DNA of 44,526 nt, from the IMG/VR virus record IMGVR_UViG_3300030095_002546, positions 1 to 44,526 of that record; one strand, given 5' to 3'. Both the position numbers and the translations under genes were made by a program. This DNA is from a virus (Duplodnaviria; Caudoviricetes). Each line of letters begins with the position of its first letter. Position 1 is the stretch's first letter. The notes beneath the pieces are model-generated. The model searched no databases. It was not told where the DNA came from and was given only the letters and a program-made list of their open reading frames with translations. Of the stretch, positions 27,667 to 37,372 are shown piece after piece.

Positions 27667-28443
27667 ATGGCAAGACAATATGTACTTTACAAAACAGGTA
27701 ACCTAGAATCTAAACCAGGTTGGATGGACGATTTCTATGAAATCTACAATTACAAAATCTGTTCGGTTCAAGATGATTACCAAGATTTAAGAATTCAATA
27801 CGACCATTTAAATGCTGAAGTATTAGCAACAGATTTAGCTAGAGGTTGCATTTATGCAGACCCTAAATTTATCTATGATGGTGGTAGTTTACAAAACAAT
27901 ACAATTTCAATTAAAAAAGGCACTACAGTTGAAGATGAGTTTCCTCAATTATTAGATTCAGGTGAAGACGCAGGTAATAAAACAGTAGTAACTTTAGATG
28001 ACGCACAAAAAACTGCTGGTGTTAATTTCAATAAAGCTATCTTTAAAAAGATGGTGAAAGATAGATACAACCAACACTTTAGAGCTTTGAATGTTTATTC
28101 AGATGTTGAAAGAGCTTCATTCGCTGGACAACTTGCAGAAGCAAATGCTCATAAAGCAGACAACTCAGCAAGTACACCAATGTTAACAGCAATTTCTACT
28201 GCTAGAAGTATTACAGTTGCGGCTTTAAGAGATAAAGTTATTGCTAAAGCAGCTGCTTACGATTTAACTGTTGCAAATCTTGTTAAAGAACAACAAAAAC
28301 ACGAAGATAGAATTGACGCTTTAGATACATTAGAGAAGTGTGCTACTTACAGACACACATACCTAGGTATCAGTATGAGTGAAGCACAAAGACAAAATGA
28401 GTCTTTGGATACTACACCACTTACTACAAAAATTACTTTTTAA
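27667..28443 (+). CDS. Putative tail fibre assembly/chaperone protein
   Basis: YS..ERASF..Q..EA......TPML.AI..AR.IT...L...V..KA motif of phage fibre-assembly-type proteins. Confidence 0.55.
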   Translation: MARQYVLYKTGNLESKPGWMDDFYEIYNYKICSVQDDYQDLRIQYDHLNAEVLATDLARGCIYADPKFIYDGGSLQNNTISIKKGTTVEDEFPQLLDSGEDAGNKTVVTLDDAQKTAGVNFNKAIFKKMVKDRYNQHFRALNVYSDVERASFAGQLAEANAHKADNSASTPMLTAISTARSITVAALRDKVIAKAAAYDLTVANLVKEQQKHEDRIDALDTLEKCATYRHTYLGISMSEAQRQNESLDTTPLTTKITF

Positions 28444-28472
28444 TTTCGGCCGTTTAAGGCCTTGTTTATATT

Positions 28473-30146
28473 ATGTTTAGTGTACCTTTAAATCCCAAGC
28501 TCAATCCGAGTCAGTTCGATTCATTTTTAAAATTTCTAAAAGAACATAGAGATTTAATTTATGATGTCTATTTTACATCAAGAATACCACCCTTTGAGTT
28601 TGACGCAATGGGTGATGTATATAAAGAAAGTCAGTTTGACTTACTTACAGAAAATGCTTTAATCATAACAAAGCAAACAGGTATTCCACTTTCAGCTACG
28701 CTTAACAATATCGAGGTTCCACCGACTATGGAGAACCTCGATTTACTTATCAAAAATTATAAAAAACTATATGACGCTGGCGTTAAGATAGTTACCATAC
28801 CTCATACTTTATGGATGCTAACTGGTAAATTTCAGAAAGCATATCCAGATGTTCTCATAAAAAATACCATATTAAGAAATGTACAACGACCTAATGAGGT
28901 TGTTAAGTGCGTTGAGGCAGGCTTTCATTATATTAATTTCGATAGAGATTTAATGAGAGACGAAGATATGTTAAAGCGTATGCAAGACGCAAAAAAACAT
29001 TGTAAAGAAAAATTAGGTGTAGATGTCAAGTTTAGTTTACTTGCAAATGAAGGTTGTTGGGGTAATTGTCCTGTACAAGACGAACACTTTTTATATAACA
29101 ATACTAGAAAGAGTATGTTAGACCCTACTTACTTCATGCAACCAATTAGTTATTTTTCTTGTCCATCATGGGAAGAAAAAGACCCAGCAAGTATGTGGAG
29201 AATTGCAAACTTTCCACCATGGAAAGAAGAATGGGATAGACTACTTACTTATATTGATGTAATTAAAATGCACGGAAGAGAAAGTGTTAGTAGATTATTT
29301 GAGACAATGAATATTATATCTCGTTATAAAAAAGGCGAAGAGATACTATTTCCAGAGTATGAAGAACATATTAAACTTAATAAATTTCCACAAAAACGAA
29401 TAGATGTTTGGCGAAAAACAATAAGAAACTGTAAGTTTGATTGTTGGGATTGTAATGTTTGTGATAAGATAGTACAAGCAAATACTAAATTGAATTTAGT
29501 TAGTTCTACACAAAAAGCATTGGCAAGCGCCAGAGCAGGAGAAAGTAAATTATCAAAGACGGTTTTAGATATACCAGGTCTAACTTCTCCTAAAGTTAAG
29601 AATTTTATCAATAAATTATGTGAAATGCCAGAGGCAAAATACTTGGAATTAGGTGTATTTCAAGGTAGTATTTTTGCAGCTGCTTTGGAGAATAACAATA
29701 TCTTTGCCACGGCTGTTGATAATTGGGTAGGAAATAAACCTGCTAGAAATGATGTAGATATAGGTTTAAAAGAAACAGACCACCACCATGCCTTTACAAC
29801 GAATGTAAAAGAGTTAGTACAGAAAAGTAAAGTACAAGTTATTAATGGTGATATGTGGAATTTAGAATTAAGAAAATTACAATACAAACATAATATATTA
29901 TTTTATGATGGACCACATGATGAACAATCACACTATAAGGTTCTACATAAATATTTGCCAGTATTAGATAATCAATTTGTTTTGGTTATTGATGATTGGA
30001 ATTGGCCAAATGTTTCTTTGCCTACAAAAAAAGCAATTAAAGATTTGGATTTAAAAGTATTGTATAAAGAAGAAATTAAATGTAAAGTTGAAGATATTAA
30101 TGATTTTTGGAATGGTTTAGGAATATATGTTTTGGAAAAAAGATAA
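28473..30146 (+). CDS. U32 peptidase-family (Fe-S) domain fused to a class I SAM methyltransferase
   Basis: N-terminal TIM-barrel-like region with INFDRDLMR, NEGCWGNCP, IKMHGRE (U32 KIEGR-like) and CKFDCWDCNVC. C-terminal YLELGVFQGS, VDNW, FYDGPH and VIDDWNW (Methyltransf_24-like). Confidence 0.75.
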   Translation: MFSVPLNPKLNPSQFDSFLKFLKEHRDLIYDVYFTSRIPPFEFDAMGDVYKESQFDLLTENALIITKQTGIPLSATLNNIEVPPTMENLDLLIKNYKKLYDAGVKIVTIPHTLWMLTGKFQKAYPDVLIKNTILRNVQRPNEVVKCVEAGFHYINFDRDLMRDEDMLKRMQDAKKHCKEKLGVDVKFSLLANEGCWGNCPVQDEHFLYNNTRKSMLDPTYFMQPISYFSCPSWEEKDPASMWRIANFPPWKEEWDRLLTYIDVIKMHGRESVSRLFETMNIISRYKKGEEILFPEYEEHIKLNKFPQKRIDVWRKTIRNCKFDCWDCNVCDKIVQANTKLNLVSSTQKALASARAGESKLSKTVLDIPGLTSPKVKNFINKLCEMPEAKYLELGVFQGSIFAAALENNNIFATAVDNWVGNKPARNDVDIGLKETDHHHAFTTNVKELVQKSKVQVINGDMWNLELRKLQYKHNILFYDGPHDEQSHYKVLHKYLPVLDNQFVLVIDDWNWPNVSLPTKKAIKDLDLKVLYKEEIKCKVEDINDFWNGLGIYVLEKR

Positions 30147-30864
30147 AATTGAATTTGTAAGTACCTTGGCAGGTGTTTCAGATATGTTTCCCATATTGCC
30201 GTCAAGTAAGTATTGGCCAAAATGGATTGCAAAAGCAATGGCAGATTATAAAGCTAATATGAATAAGACTAAAAAAGTCCAACACATAGCACAATGTCCT
30301 GGTATATTTGCAATGTTTAAAACAGGTTATGTAGTTACTTCTTGGTTTGATGTAGTTATAGAAACTAAAAAAGGTCAAGATGGTTTCAGTTGGAGAGTGG
30401 CAGACGCCGACCTTATGAACAATGCAGAAATGAATGTTATTGATACGCATGGTGACCAAATTACTAAACACATACCTAAAAGAAGTGGTCAGATAGAAAA
30501 CATAGTTAAGATTAATACACCTTATCATATCATAGCACCAAAGGGTGTTAAGTTTATGTTTATGCCTTTACCTTATCCTGACTCTTTTGATTATGAAAGT
30601 GTATCTGGTATTTTAGACCCAGCAGAATCTAGTGAATTAAATATACAATTAAATTGGTATAAAGAAGAGGGCGAAGTTTTAATAAAGGCAGGTACTCCTT
30701 TAATGTACATACTACCTATATCAGAAAAAGAATATAATGTAGTAAGTAGAGACGCAACAGACAAAGAAAAAAATTGGATGAAAAAAAGAAGATACTTTAA
30801 TAGTTTTTCTTTTACACCAATACGAAGTAAAGTTAAAACTTTATATGAAAGGTATTTCCAATGA
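30127..30864 (+). CDS. Hypothetical protein (DUF6065/dUTPase-like fold)
   Basis: CPGI...GY, KINTPY.I.AP.G, VSGILD and IKAGTPLM.ILP motifs. Confidence 0.5.
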   Translation: MFWKKDKIEFVSTLAGVSDMFPILPSSKYWPKWIAKAMADYKANMNKTKKVQHIAQCPGIFAMFKTGYVVTSWFDVVIETKKGQDGFSWRVADADLMNNAEMNVIDTHGDQITKHIPKRSGQIENIVKINTPYHIIAPKGVKFMFMPLPYPDSFDYESVSGILDPAESSELNIQLNWYKEEGEVLIKAGTPLMYILPISEKEYNVVSRDATDKEKNWMKKRRYFNSFSFTPIRSKVKTLYERYFQ

Positions 30865-31478
30865 TAGAATCAATATTTGCAACGCCTTTGTATAGGTCAG
30901 ATGACTTATATAATTTTACAGACCAACAAAAATCAGTATTAGAAAACATAGATGTACATAGTAATAACGGTGGCAATTTAACTACAAAAAATAAAGAAAT
31001 GTTAGATTTGCCAGACTTTGATGATTGTAAGATTTGGTGTCAAAAACATATAGATAAATTTTGTAAAGAATTAAATGTAGCCAAAGGTGCTGAAGTTTAT
31101 ATAACTCAATCTTGGTTTAATATTAATAGAAAACATACAAGACACCATTCACATTACCACCCTAATAGTTTAATAAGTGGTATCTTATACACACATGGCA
31201 ACTCAAATGAAGGCAAAGCAAAAGGTACAGTTTTTTTTAATCAATCAGGTCAAGGTGTGTTTGGTAATCTACAGGCCTTTTCAAATGGCAACGAATGGAC
31301 TGCTCAAAAGATTGTAACTAATTTTGAACCTGGTAGACTAGTATTATTTCCGTCAACACTACTACATGAGGTTGCTGAAACAGAAATAGATACACCTAGA
31401 GTTACATTGTCATTTAATACTTTCTTTAGAGGTGAGATAGGTGATGTACCGAATTTAACATTATTAAAAATTAAATGA
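30861..31478 (+). CDS. Fe(II)/2OG oxygenase (TIGR02466-like)
   Basis: SWFN, HSHYHPNSLISGILY, GRLVLFPSTLLHEV and RVTLSFN. Confidence 0.85.
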   Translation: MIESIFATPLYRSDDLYNFTDQQKSVLENIDVHSNNGGNLTTKNKEMLDLPDFDDCKIWCQKHIDKFCKELNVAKGAEVYITQSWFNINRKHTRHHSHYHPNSLISGILYTHGNSNEGKAKGTVFFNQSGQGVFGNLQAFSNGNEWTAQKIVTNFEPGRLVLFPSTLLHEVAETEIDTPRVTLSFNTFFRGEIGDVPNLTLLKIK

Positions 31479-32149
31479 AAAACTACTTACTAATATCTCC
31501 TAACAGAGCAGGTGGAACCATGTTTTTTCATAAGTACGAAAAGGATAATGGTTTAGAACATAAAGAAATTAATGAGCCATTTCATGGTAGTGAACGAAGT
31601 GGTAATCCTAAATGGAAAAAATATCAAGATGAAACTAAACTAATTGTAAATGATTTATTAAACAATCAACCTTTTAGAGTTAAGTTGGCACCAGATAGTT
31701 ATTTTGAATTTATGTCTAAAGAAGACTTTTTTATTTTAACTGAACCAGAAATAACAACTGTTCATGCAGTATTAAGACCTAATTTAAAAGAATGGTTTTT
31801 AAGTTATGTTGTTGCACATGAATTTGATTATTGGAGAAGAAGACGAAATGGTCCAACACCACCAAAACTAGAACCTAAAAATGTGGTTCGATTAAGTATC
31901 ATAAGAGATTTTATATATATGGTCAAAGAATACGCCGTATTTCTTGATATGTATGAGGCAAGAATACAAGACTATTTAATATACAAAGAACAAAACGATA
32001 AAAAAAATTACTTGGTTAAACAACATCAGCCGGGAGAAAAAGAAAAACTAATAATAAATTCTGGTCATTTGTTAGAAACATTTGAAAAAGTTGCTAATGG
32101 GTACGGATTAGATATCAATAACACGGATTTAAGGAGATGGTATGATTGA
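31475..32149 (+). CDS. Sulfotransferase-like P-loop protein
   Basis: ISPNRAGGT (5'-PSB-like), NEPF and LRPNLKEWFLS (3'-PB-like R...S). Confidence 0.5.
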   Translation: MKNYLLISPNRAGGTMFFHKYEKDNGLEHKEINEPFHGSERSGNPKWKKYQDETKLIVNDLLNNQPFRVKLAPDSYFEFMSKEDFFILTEPEITTVHAVLRPNLKEWFLSYVVAHEFDYWRRRRNGPTPPKLEPKNVVRLSIIRDFIYMVKEYAVFLDMYEARIQDYLIYKEQNDKKNYLVKQHQPGEKEKLIINSGHLLETFEKVANGYGLDINNTDLRRWYD

Positions 32150-33173
32150 TTTGATGATTAAGGGACAGATATATTTGTTTCTAATTGTTTTTGTGATGAT
32201 GATTGCAGGAATGATAAAAGATAATAATTTGTTTAGTGATGTATTTGCATTCCTAAAAAGAAATATAAAAAGTAATAGAGCAGTAGTAGCTTTGTTTAGT
32301 GCCATAACAGGAGTTTTACCTATTAAAGGCCGTGTAACTGTATCTGCTGGACTGTTAGATACTATAGCACCAACTAAACCAGAGAGTAGAGCAAAGTTTG
32401 GTCCTATAGATTTCATGTCAACACACCATTATTACTTTTGGTCTCCTTTAGAAAAAACAGTTATTCTTCCAATGGCAGCTTTCAGTTTAAGTTATGTGGC
32501 ATTTATGCAGATAATATGGCCATTGATAATAATGACTTTTGGATATATTTTATGGTATCTTATTTTCATGGTAAAAGATAGTGATATACAATTAAAAGAT
32601 ACAAAAGAAAAGATTAAAGTTAGTAGAATTACAAGATATGTTTTACCTTATGTTTTTGGTGTTGGTTGTGTCATTGCAGGTTATGATTGGTTATTTGTAT
32701 TTGGCGCTTTAACATTTTATTATATGATAGTTACTCAAACATTTAATCTAAAAAAATTAATTAAATATGTTGACTGGAAAATCGTGGCGTGGGTCGCAGG
32801 TATTATTTTTGTGTCAAACTTAATTAGGTCAGAAACGGAAACCATTAATACCTTTCTAGGACAAACAGGACTAGACATTAATACGGTATTTGGGTTTGTT
32901 ACAATTACACTATTGAGTTTTCTGGGGGCCTTTGCATTAGGTTCTTCTAGTAGATTCGGAGCAATAACGGTAATATTAACTTCTATATATGGTATAGAAT
33001 ATTTACCATGGTTCTTTGCTGTTGATTTTGCAGGTTATATTTTATCACCTATGCACAAATGCGTGGCAATTGGTAAGATGTATTTTGGAACCAAGTTATC
33101 CGATTATGCTAAGTTGTTGGCAGGTTGGGCTTTAATATTAGTAACAACTTCAGGAGTTATGTTATATGTCTGA
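32142..33173 (+). CDS. Polytopic membrane protein, DUF401/ion-transporter-superfamily-like
   Basis: About 9-10 hydrophobic segments; GVLPIKGRVTVSAG and GYILSPMHKC re-entrant-like motifs. Confidence 0.6.
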   Translation: MIDLMIKGQIYLFLIVFVMMIAGMIKDNNLFSDVFAFLKRNIKSNRAVVALFSAITGVLPIKGRVTVSAGLLDTIAPTKPESRAKFGPIDFMSTHHYYFWSPLEKTVILPMAAFSLSYVAFMQIIWPLIIMTFGYILWYLIFMVKDSDIQLKDTKEKIKVSRITRYVLPYVFGVGCVIAGYDWLFVFGALTFYYMIVTQTFNLKKLIKYVDWKIVAWVAGIIFVSNLIRSETETINTFLGQTGLDINTVFGFVTITLLSFLGAFALGSSSRFGAITVILTSIYGIEYLPWFFAVDFAGYILSPMHKCVAIGKMYFGTKLSDYAKLLAGWALILVTTSGVMLYV

Positions 33174-33759
33174 TAGTAAAGAAGATTATAAAGGTATAAA
33201 AGAGGCAACATGGGAACACCATAAGAATGCCGAAAGACAAGAGTTTGTAAAAGTATTAATGAGTGGTGAAATACCAAAAGATTTGTACGCTACATATTTG
33301 TACAATCAACAAAAAATGTACACTACTTTAGAATATCATGCTAGAGTGAATGGTCTATTTGAACATTTACCTGGTGTAGAGAGAAATGAAGCAATCTATA
33401 AAGATTTTGTAGAGTTATGGGATAAAGAAGAAAAACCTATACTTACAGAATCAACATTAGCTTACTGTTCACATATCGAAAATATTAAAGATGACCCGGA
33501 GAAGTTGATGGCACATATCTATGTTCGCCACATGGGAGACTTATCTGGTGGACAAATGATTAGTAAAAAAGTACCTGGCGCTGGTATGATGTATAGATTT
33601 AGAAACCCTAATGAGTGTAAACGCACCATTAGGGAACAAATTAAAAGATACTATGACAGTTATCAATCAAACATAGTTATGGAAGCACGATTGTGTTTTG
33701 ACTATGCAACTAAACTATTTGGAGAATTACATGAGCTCAGTATGGCCAAGACTGATTAA
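33166..33759 (+). CDS. hemO: Heme oxygenase
   Basis: KEATWEHHKNAE (proximal His) and AHIYVRHMGDLSGGQM (distal helix signature). Confidence 0.92.
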   Translation: MSDSKEDYKGIKEATWEHHKNAERQEFVKVLMSGEIPKDLYATYLYNQQKMYTTLEYHARVNGLFEHLPGVERNEAIYKDFVELWDKEEKPILTESTLAYCSHIENIKDDPEKLMAHIYVRHMGDLSGGQMISKKVPGAGMMYRFRNPNECKRTIREQIKRYYDSYQSNIVMEARLCFDYATKLFGELHELSMAKTD

Positions 33760-34417
33760 ATTATCAGAAGAAATAATCGAAGTAATAGATAAAAATATGA
33801 CCGAGTACCAAGAACCTGGTATGGATAGATTTAATAATGATACATGGACAAATAGAACATGGAAGAGTAATAGTATCAGACGAGCTCATGTGGATATAGT
33901 TGATGTAAGGGAACAAAAGAAAATGTGGATGGCTCACATATGTTTATTTCCTGAATTGACAAATGGTGGACCAATTTATGGTTTCGATATAATAGCGGGA
34001 GAGAATAAAGTAACAGGCGCTTTTCACGATTTCAGTCCATTGTTAAACAAAGAACACCCTTTAACTAATTGGTTTGTAGAGGAAAACAAGTGGTTTAAAC
34101 CAAGCAAAGAAAGAGAATTACCTGATTGGGCAAAGAGAATTTTTAGTCCAGGAATGATAGCTGCTGGTAATGTAAAGGCAGGTGAAGAGTTAGAACAAAT
34201 ATGTACTTTAGCAGTCAGTAACCTAAATAATTACATAGATAAGATAGGCAACCATACAGGAGAGGCCAAAAGAGAAGATGTAATAGAAGCACAAAACTTC
34301 TATTGCGACAATCAACAGAAAAATCCACATACTCCGAGAGTGATGTTATCACTAGGTTTAGAAGAAAAAGATGTAAAATTGTTCTGTTCCGATAACCTCT
34401 TTCCATTAATCTTATAA
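33731..34417 (+). CDS. pcyX: Ferredoxin-dependent bilin reductase, PcyX/PcyA-like
   Basis: RRAHVD, H.C.FP.....PIYGFDIIAG..VTGAFHDFSP, RELPDWA..IFS and QN.YC..Q.KNPHT. Start revised to 33731 (GGAG upstream); directly follows hemO. Confidence 0.8.
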   Translation: MSSVWPRLIKLSEEIIEVIDKNMTEYQEPGMDRFNNDTWTNRTWKSNSIRRAHVDIVDVREQKKMWMAHICLFPELTNGGPIYGFDIIAGENKVTGAFHDFSPLLNKEHPLTNWFVEENKWFKPSKERELPDWAKRIFSPGMIAAGNVKAGEELEQICTLAVSNLNNYIDKIGNHTGEAKREDVIEAQNFYCDNQQKNPHTPRVMLSLGLEEKDVKLFCSDNLFPLIL

Positions 34418-34420
34418 ATA
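34413..34420 (+). promoter_or_regulatory. T4-type late promoter TATAAATA for the neck operon
   Basis: Exact consensus 20 nt before the gp13 ATG. Confidence 0.8.
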
Positions 34421-34440
34421 TAGGGTAGAAGGAAACAATT

Positions 34441-35250
34441 ATGGCCACACCAGCAAGTAGAGACAACTTAAAAGAGTATGCTTTAAGAGCATTGGGTAAA
34501 CCTGTCATTGAGATAAATGTAGATGACGACCAAGTAGATGATAGAATAGACGAAGGATTACAATACTTTGCTCAATTCCACTATGACGCTATTAGAAGAA
34601 CATACTTAAAATACAAGTACACACAGGCAGACAAAGACCGTATGACGGTGGATGGTTCGGCTGAAAGTGTTACCAAAAATTCAGTAACAACAAGCTGGAC
34701 AGAAGGACAAAATTTTCTTGTAGTTCCAGAGAGTATTGTATCAGTTATTAATATCTTTCCATTTTCTAACAAAGGAAACTTAAACCTTTTTGATGTTAGA
34801 TATCAATTAAGATTAAATGACTTGTATGATTTCTCATCAACATCTATTATCAACTATGATGTAGTATTAAGACATTTAGATTTCCTTGACCACATTTTAG
34901 TTGGTGAAAAACCTTACAGATTTAATCAACATGACAATAGACTTTATATTGACATGGATTGGAAAAATGATTTAGCAGTTGACGAATACCTAGTAATAGA
35001 ATGTTATAGAAAATTAGACCCTACAGTTTATACAGATGTATATAATGACATACACTTAAAAAGATATGTTACAGCATTAATTAAAAAACAATGGGGAGCA
35101 AACCTATCTAAATTTAACGGAGTAGCAATGATTGGTGGAGTATCTCTAAATGGACAACAGATATTTTCTGAAGCTCTAACAGATTTAGAAAAATTAGAAA
35201 ACGATATCAGAAGTACATTTGAGCTCAACCCAGCAATGATGATAGGATAA
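34441..35250 (+). CDS. gp13: Neck protein gp13
   Basis: LKEYALRALGKPVIEINVDDDQ and KKQWG.NL.KF...GGV.LNG. Confidence 0.93.
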   Translation: MATPASRDNLKEYALRALGKPVIEINVDDDQVDDRIDEGLQYFAQFHYDAIRRTYLKYKYTQADKDRMTVDGSAESVTKNSVTTSWTEGQNFLVVPESIVSVINIFPFSNKGNLNLFDVRYQLRLNDLYDFSSTSIINYDVVLRHLDFLDHILVGEKPYRFNQHDNRLYIDMDWKNDLAVDEYLVIECYRKLDPTVYTDVYNDIHLKRYVTALIKKQWGANLSKFNGVAMIGGVSLNGQQIFSEALTDLEKLENDIRSTFELNPAMMIG

Positions 35251-35256
35251 AAAACC

Positions 35257-36075
35257 ATGCCGGTTAATCATTACTTTCAAGCAGGCAATGGAATAGGCGA
35301 AACCTCCGAAAAAAGATTACATGAAGATTTAATCATTGAAGGTTTAAAAATATACGGACATGATGTATATTACCTGCCTAGAACACTTGTCAATAGAGAC
35401 CTAGTATTAGGGGAAGATACCTCTAGTAGGTTTGATGACTCTTATATGTTAGAGGGTTATTTTGAAAGTACAGAAGGATTTTCAGGTCAACAAGAATTAA
35501 TTAATAAGTTTGGTTTAGAGATAAGAGACGATATTACTTTTACTATTGCTAAACGAAGATGGCAAGACCAAGTTGATTCTCGCCACACAATGATAGTTGA
35601 AGGCCGTCCAAACGAGGGCGATATTATCTTTGTACCTTTTATGAATAGTTTTTTTGAAATACTATTTGTTGAAGACCAAGAGCCATTCTATCAATTAGGT
35701 AACTTACCAGTTTACAAATTAAAACTAACTAGATTTGAATATTCTAGTGAAGAGATTAATACAGGTCAAGAAGAGATTGATAAGGCTGAGGATAAGTATT
35801 CATTAGATACTTTAAACTACCAATTCCAATTAGAATTTGGTACTGAAGCTGAAACAGGAAGAGGTAACTTGCAACTAGAAGATTATCACAATGACGCAAC
35901 TAATAAACCATCATTCCTTATTAATGAAAGCTTTACAGCGGCTGTATTACAAACACAATCTACATATGCAGAAAATTTAGATTTAGATACGGCAGCCGGT
36001 TTTGATACATCTTCTGTAAGTGATGACATATTAGACTTTACAGAAACAAATCCTTTTGGGGAGGTTAATACATAA
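35257..36075 (+). CDS. gp14: Neck protein gp14
   Basis: YGHDVYYLPR, KFGLEIRD, RPNEGDII, PFYQLG and DFTETNPFG. Confidence 0.93.
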   Translation: MPVNHYFQAGNGIGETSEKRLHEDLIIEGLKIYGHDVYYLPRTLVNRDLVLGEDTSSRFDDSYMLEGYFESTEGFSGQQELINKFGLEIRDDITFTIAKRRWQDQVDSRHTMIVEGRPNEGDIIFVPFMNSFFEILFVEDQEPFYQLGNLPVYKLKLTRFEYSSEEINTGQEEIDKAEDKYSLDTLNYQFQLEFGTEAETGRGNLQLEDYHNDATNKPSFLINESFTAAVLQTQSTYAENLDLDTAAGFDTSSVSDDILDFTETNPFGEVNT

Positions 36076-36887
36076 TGTTTGGAAATCATTTCTATAATGA
36101 GGGTATGAGAAGATTGACCATTGCATTTGGTCAGATTTTTAATAATATCATAGTACAAAATACTTCCTCTACAGGTGCTGTTACTAAAAGAATTAGAGTG
36201 CCATTAGCATATGCACCTAAAGAAAAGTTTTTAGTTAGATTAGACCAACAACCAGATTTAGATGATAGAGAATTTGCAATTGTATTACCTAGAATGGGAT
36301 TTGAAATTGCAGGTCTACAATATGACCCTACTAGAAAATTAGCTAGAGTAAACAAATTTAAAAAAGTACATACAAGAACAGGTGCTACAGGTAAACAAAT
36401 GGACTTTAACTATACACCAGTACCTTACAATATTAGTTACAATCTTTTTATCTTTACTGCTACTGCTGAAAATGGTTTACAGATTACTGAACAAATATTA
36501 CCATTCTTTCAACCAGATTATACGGTAACAGTTAACATGATACCTGATTTAAATATCAAGCGTGATGTACCTATCATTTTAAATAGTATAAATTACGAAG
36601 ACAGTTATAGTGGAGATTTCAATACTAGAAGAGCAGTTATCTATAGTTTAAACTTTACTGCTAAAACATATCTGTACGGACCTAGTAATACGCAAGGTAT
36701 TATTAAAGAAACGCAAGCTGATTTATATTCTGATACAGATACAGTAAACAAAGCAAGAGAAGAAAGAATTACAGTCGTACCAAATCCTACAAGTGCTGAC
36801 GCTGATGATGATTTTGGTTTTACAACAACGATTAGTTTCTTTACTGATACAAAGAAATATAATCCAACTACAGATTCGGATAGTTAA
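36075..36887 (+). CDS. gp15: Tail sheath stabilizer/tail terminator gp15
   Basis: AFG.IFN, VPLAYAPKEKF, LPRMGFE, PVPYN and QI.EQILPFFQP. Confidence 0.93.
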   Translation: MFGNHFYNEGMRRLTIAFGQIFNNIIVQNTSSTGAVTKRIRVPLAYAPKEKFLVRLDQQPDLDDREFAIVLPRMGFEIAGLQYDPTRKLARVNKFKKVHTRTGATGKQMDFNYTPVPYNISYNLFIFTATAENGLQITEQILPFFQPDYTVTVNMIPDLNIKRDVPIILNSINYEDSYSGDFNTRRAVIYSLNFTAKTYLYGPSNTQGIIKETQADLYSDTDTVNKAREERITVVPNPTSADADDDFGFTTTISFFTDTKKYNPTTDSDS

Positions 36888-36889
36888 AC

Positions 36890-37372
36890 ATGAGTGAATT
36901 AGATAATAAAGTGAATGAAATTTTAGGTGTAAAAGTTGAAACAAAAGATATGGATATTACATCTTTACCAATGACAGACGATAAACCTTTGGTAGAAAGA
37001 AAAGACGACCCTAAAAAAGACGATATAGATAATGATTATGAATATAGTAGAGATAACTATAATGCTTTGATTGAAAAAGGTCAAGCAGCTATAGATGGCA
37101 TACTAGAAATAGCAAGGGAAGGGCAACACCCGAGAGCATATGAAGTAGTTGGTCAATTAATTGGTAGCGTTGGTAATACTGTAGATAAACTACAAGACTT
37201 ACAAAAAAAATTAAAACAACTTAAAGAAGTGCCGAATAAAACTAACGCAAATATTAAAAACGCATTGTTTGTAGGTTCTACAGCAGAATTACAAAAGATG
37301 TTGAAAGGTGATAAGAATGAAAATATTAAAAGCGCAACAACCACACCCGAAAAAGATAGTAGTAGCGATTGA
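36890..37372 (+). CDS. gp16: Terminase small subunit gp16
   Basis: DYEYSR, HPRAYEV and NALFVGSTAELQKML. Confidence 0.92.
   Translation: MSELDNKVNEILGVKVETKDMDITSLPMTDDKPLVERKDDPKKDDIDNDYEYSRDNYNALIEKGQAAIDGILEIAREGQHPRAYEVVGQLIGSVGNTVDKLQDLQKKLKQLKEVPNKTNANIKNALFVGSTAELQKMLKGDKNENIKSATTTPEKDSSSD

Noticed and set aside
28448-28467. GGCC-GTTTAA-GGCC hairpin followed by TTGTTT as a terminator
   Set aside because: A 4-bp stem and an interrupted U-tract are too weak to support a call.
33166-34417. Assigning a cyanobacterial host from the heme oxygenase and bilin reductase
   Set aside because: The reductase resembles the PcyX type known from non-cyanobacterial phages, and no psbA, hli or cpeT is in the window. 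The host remains unproven.
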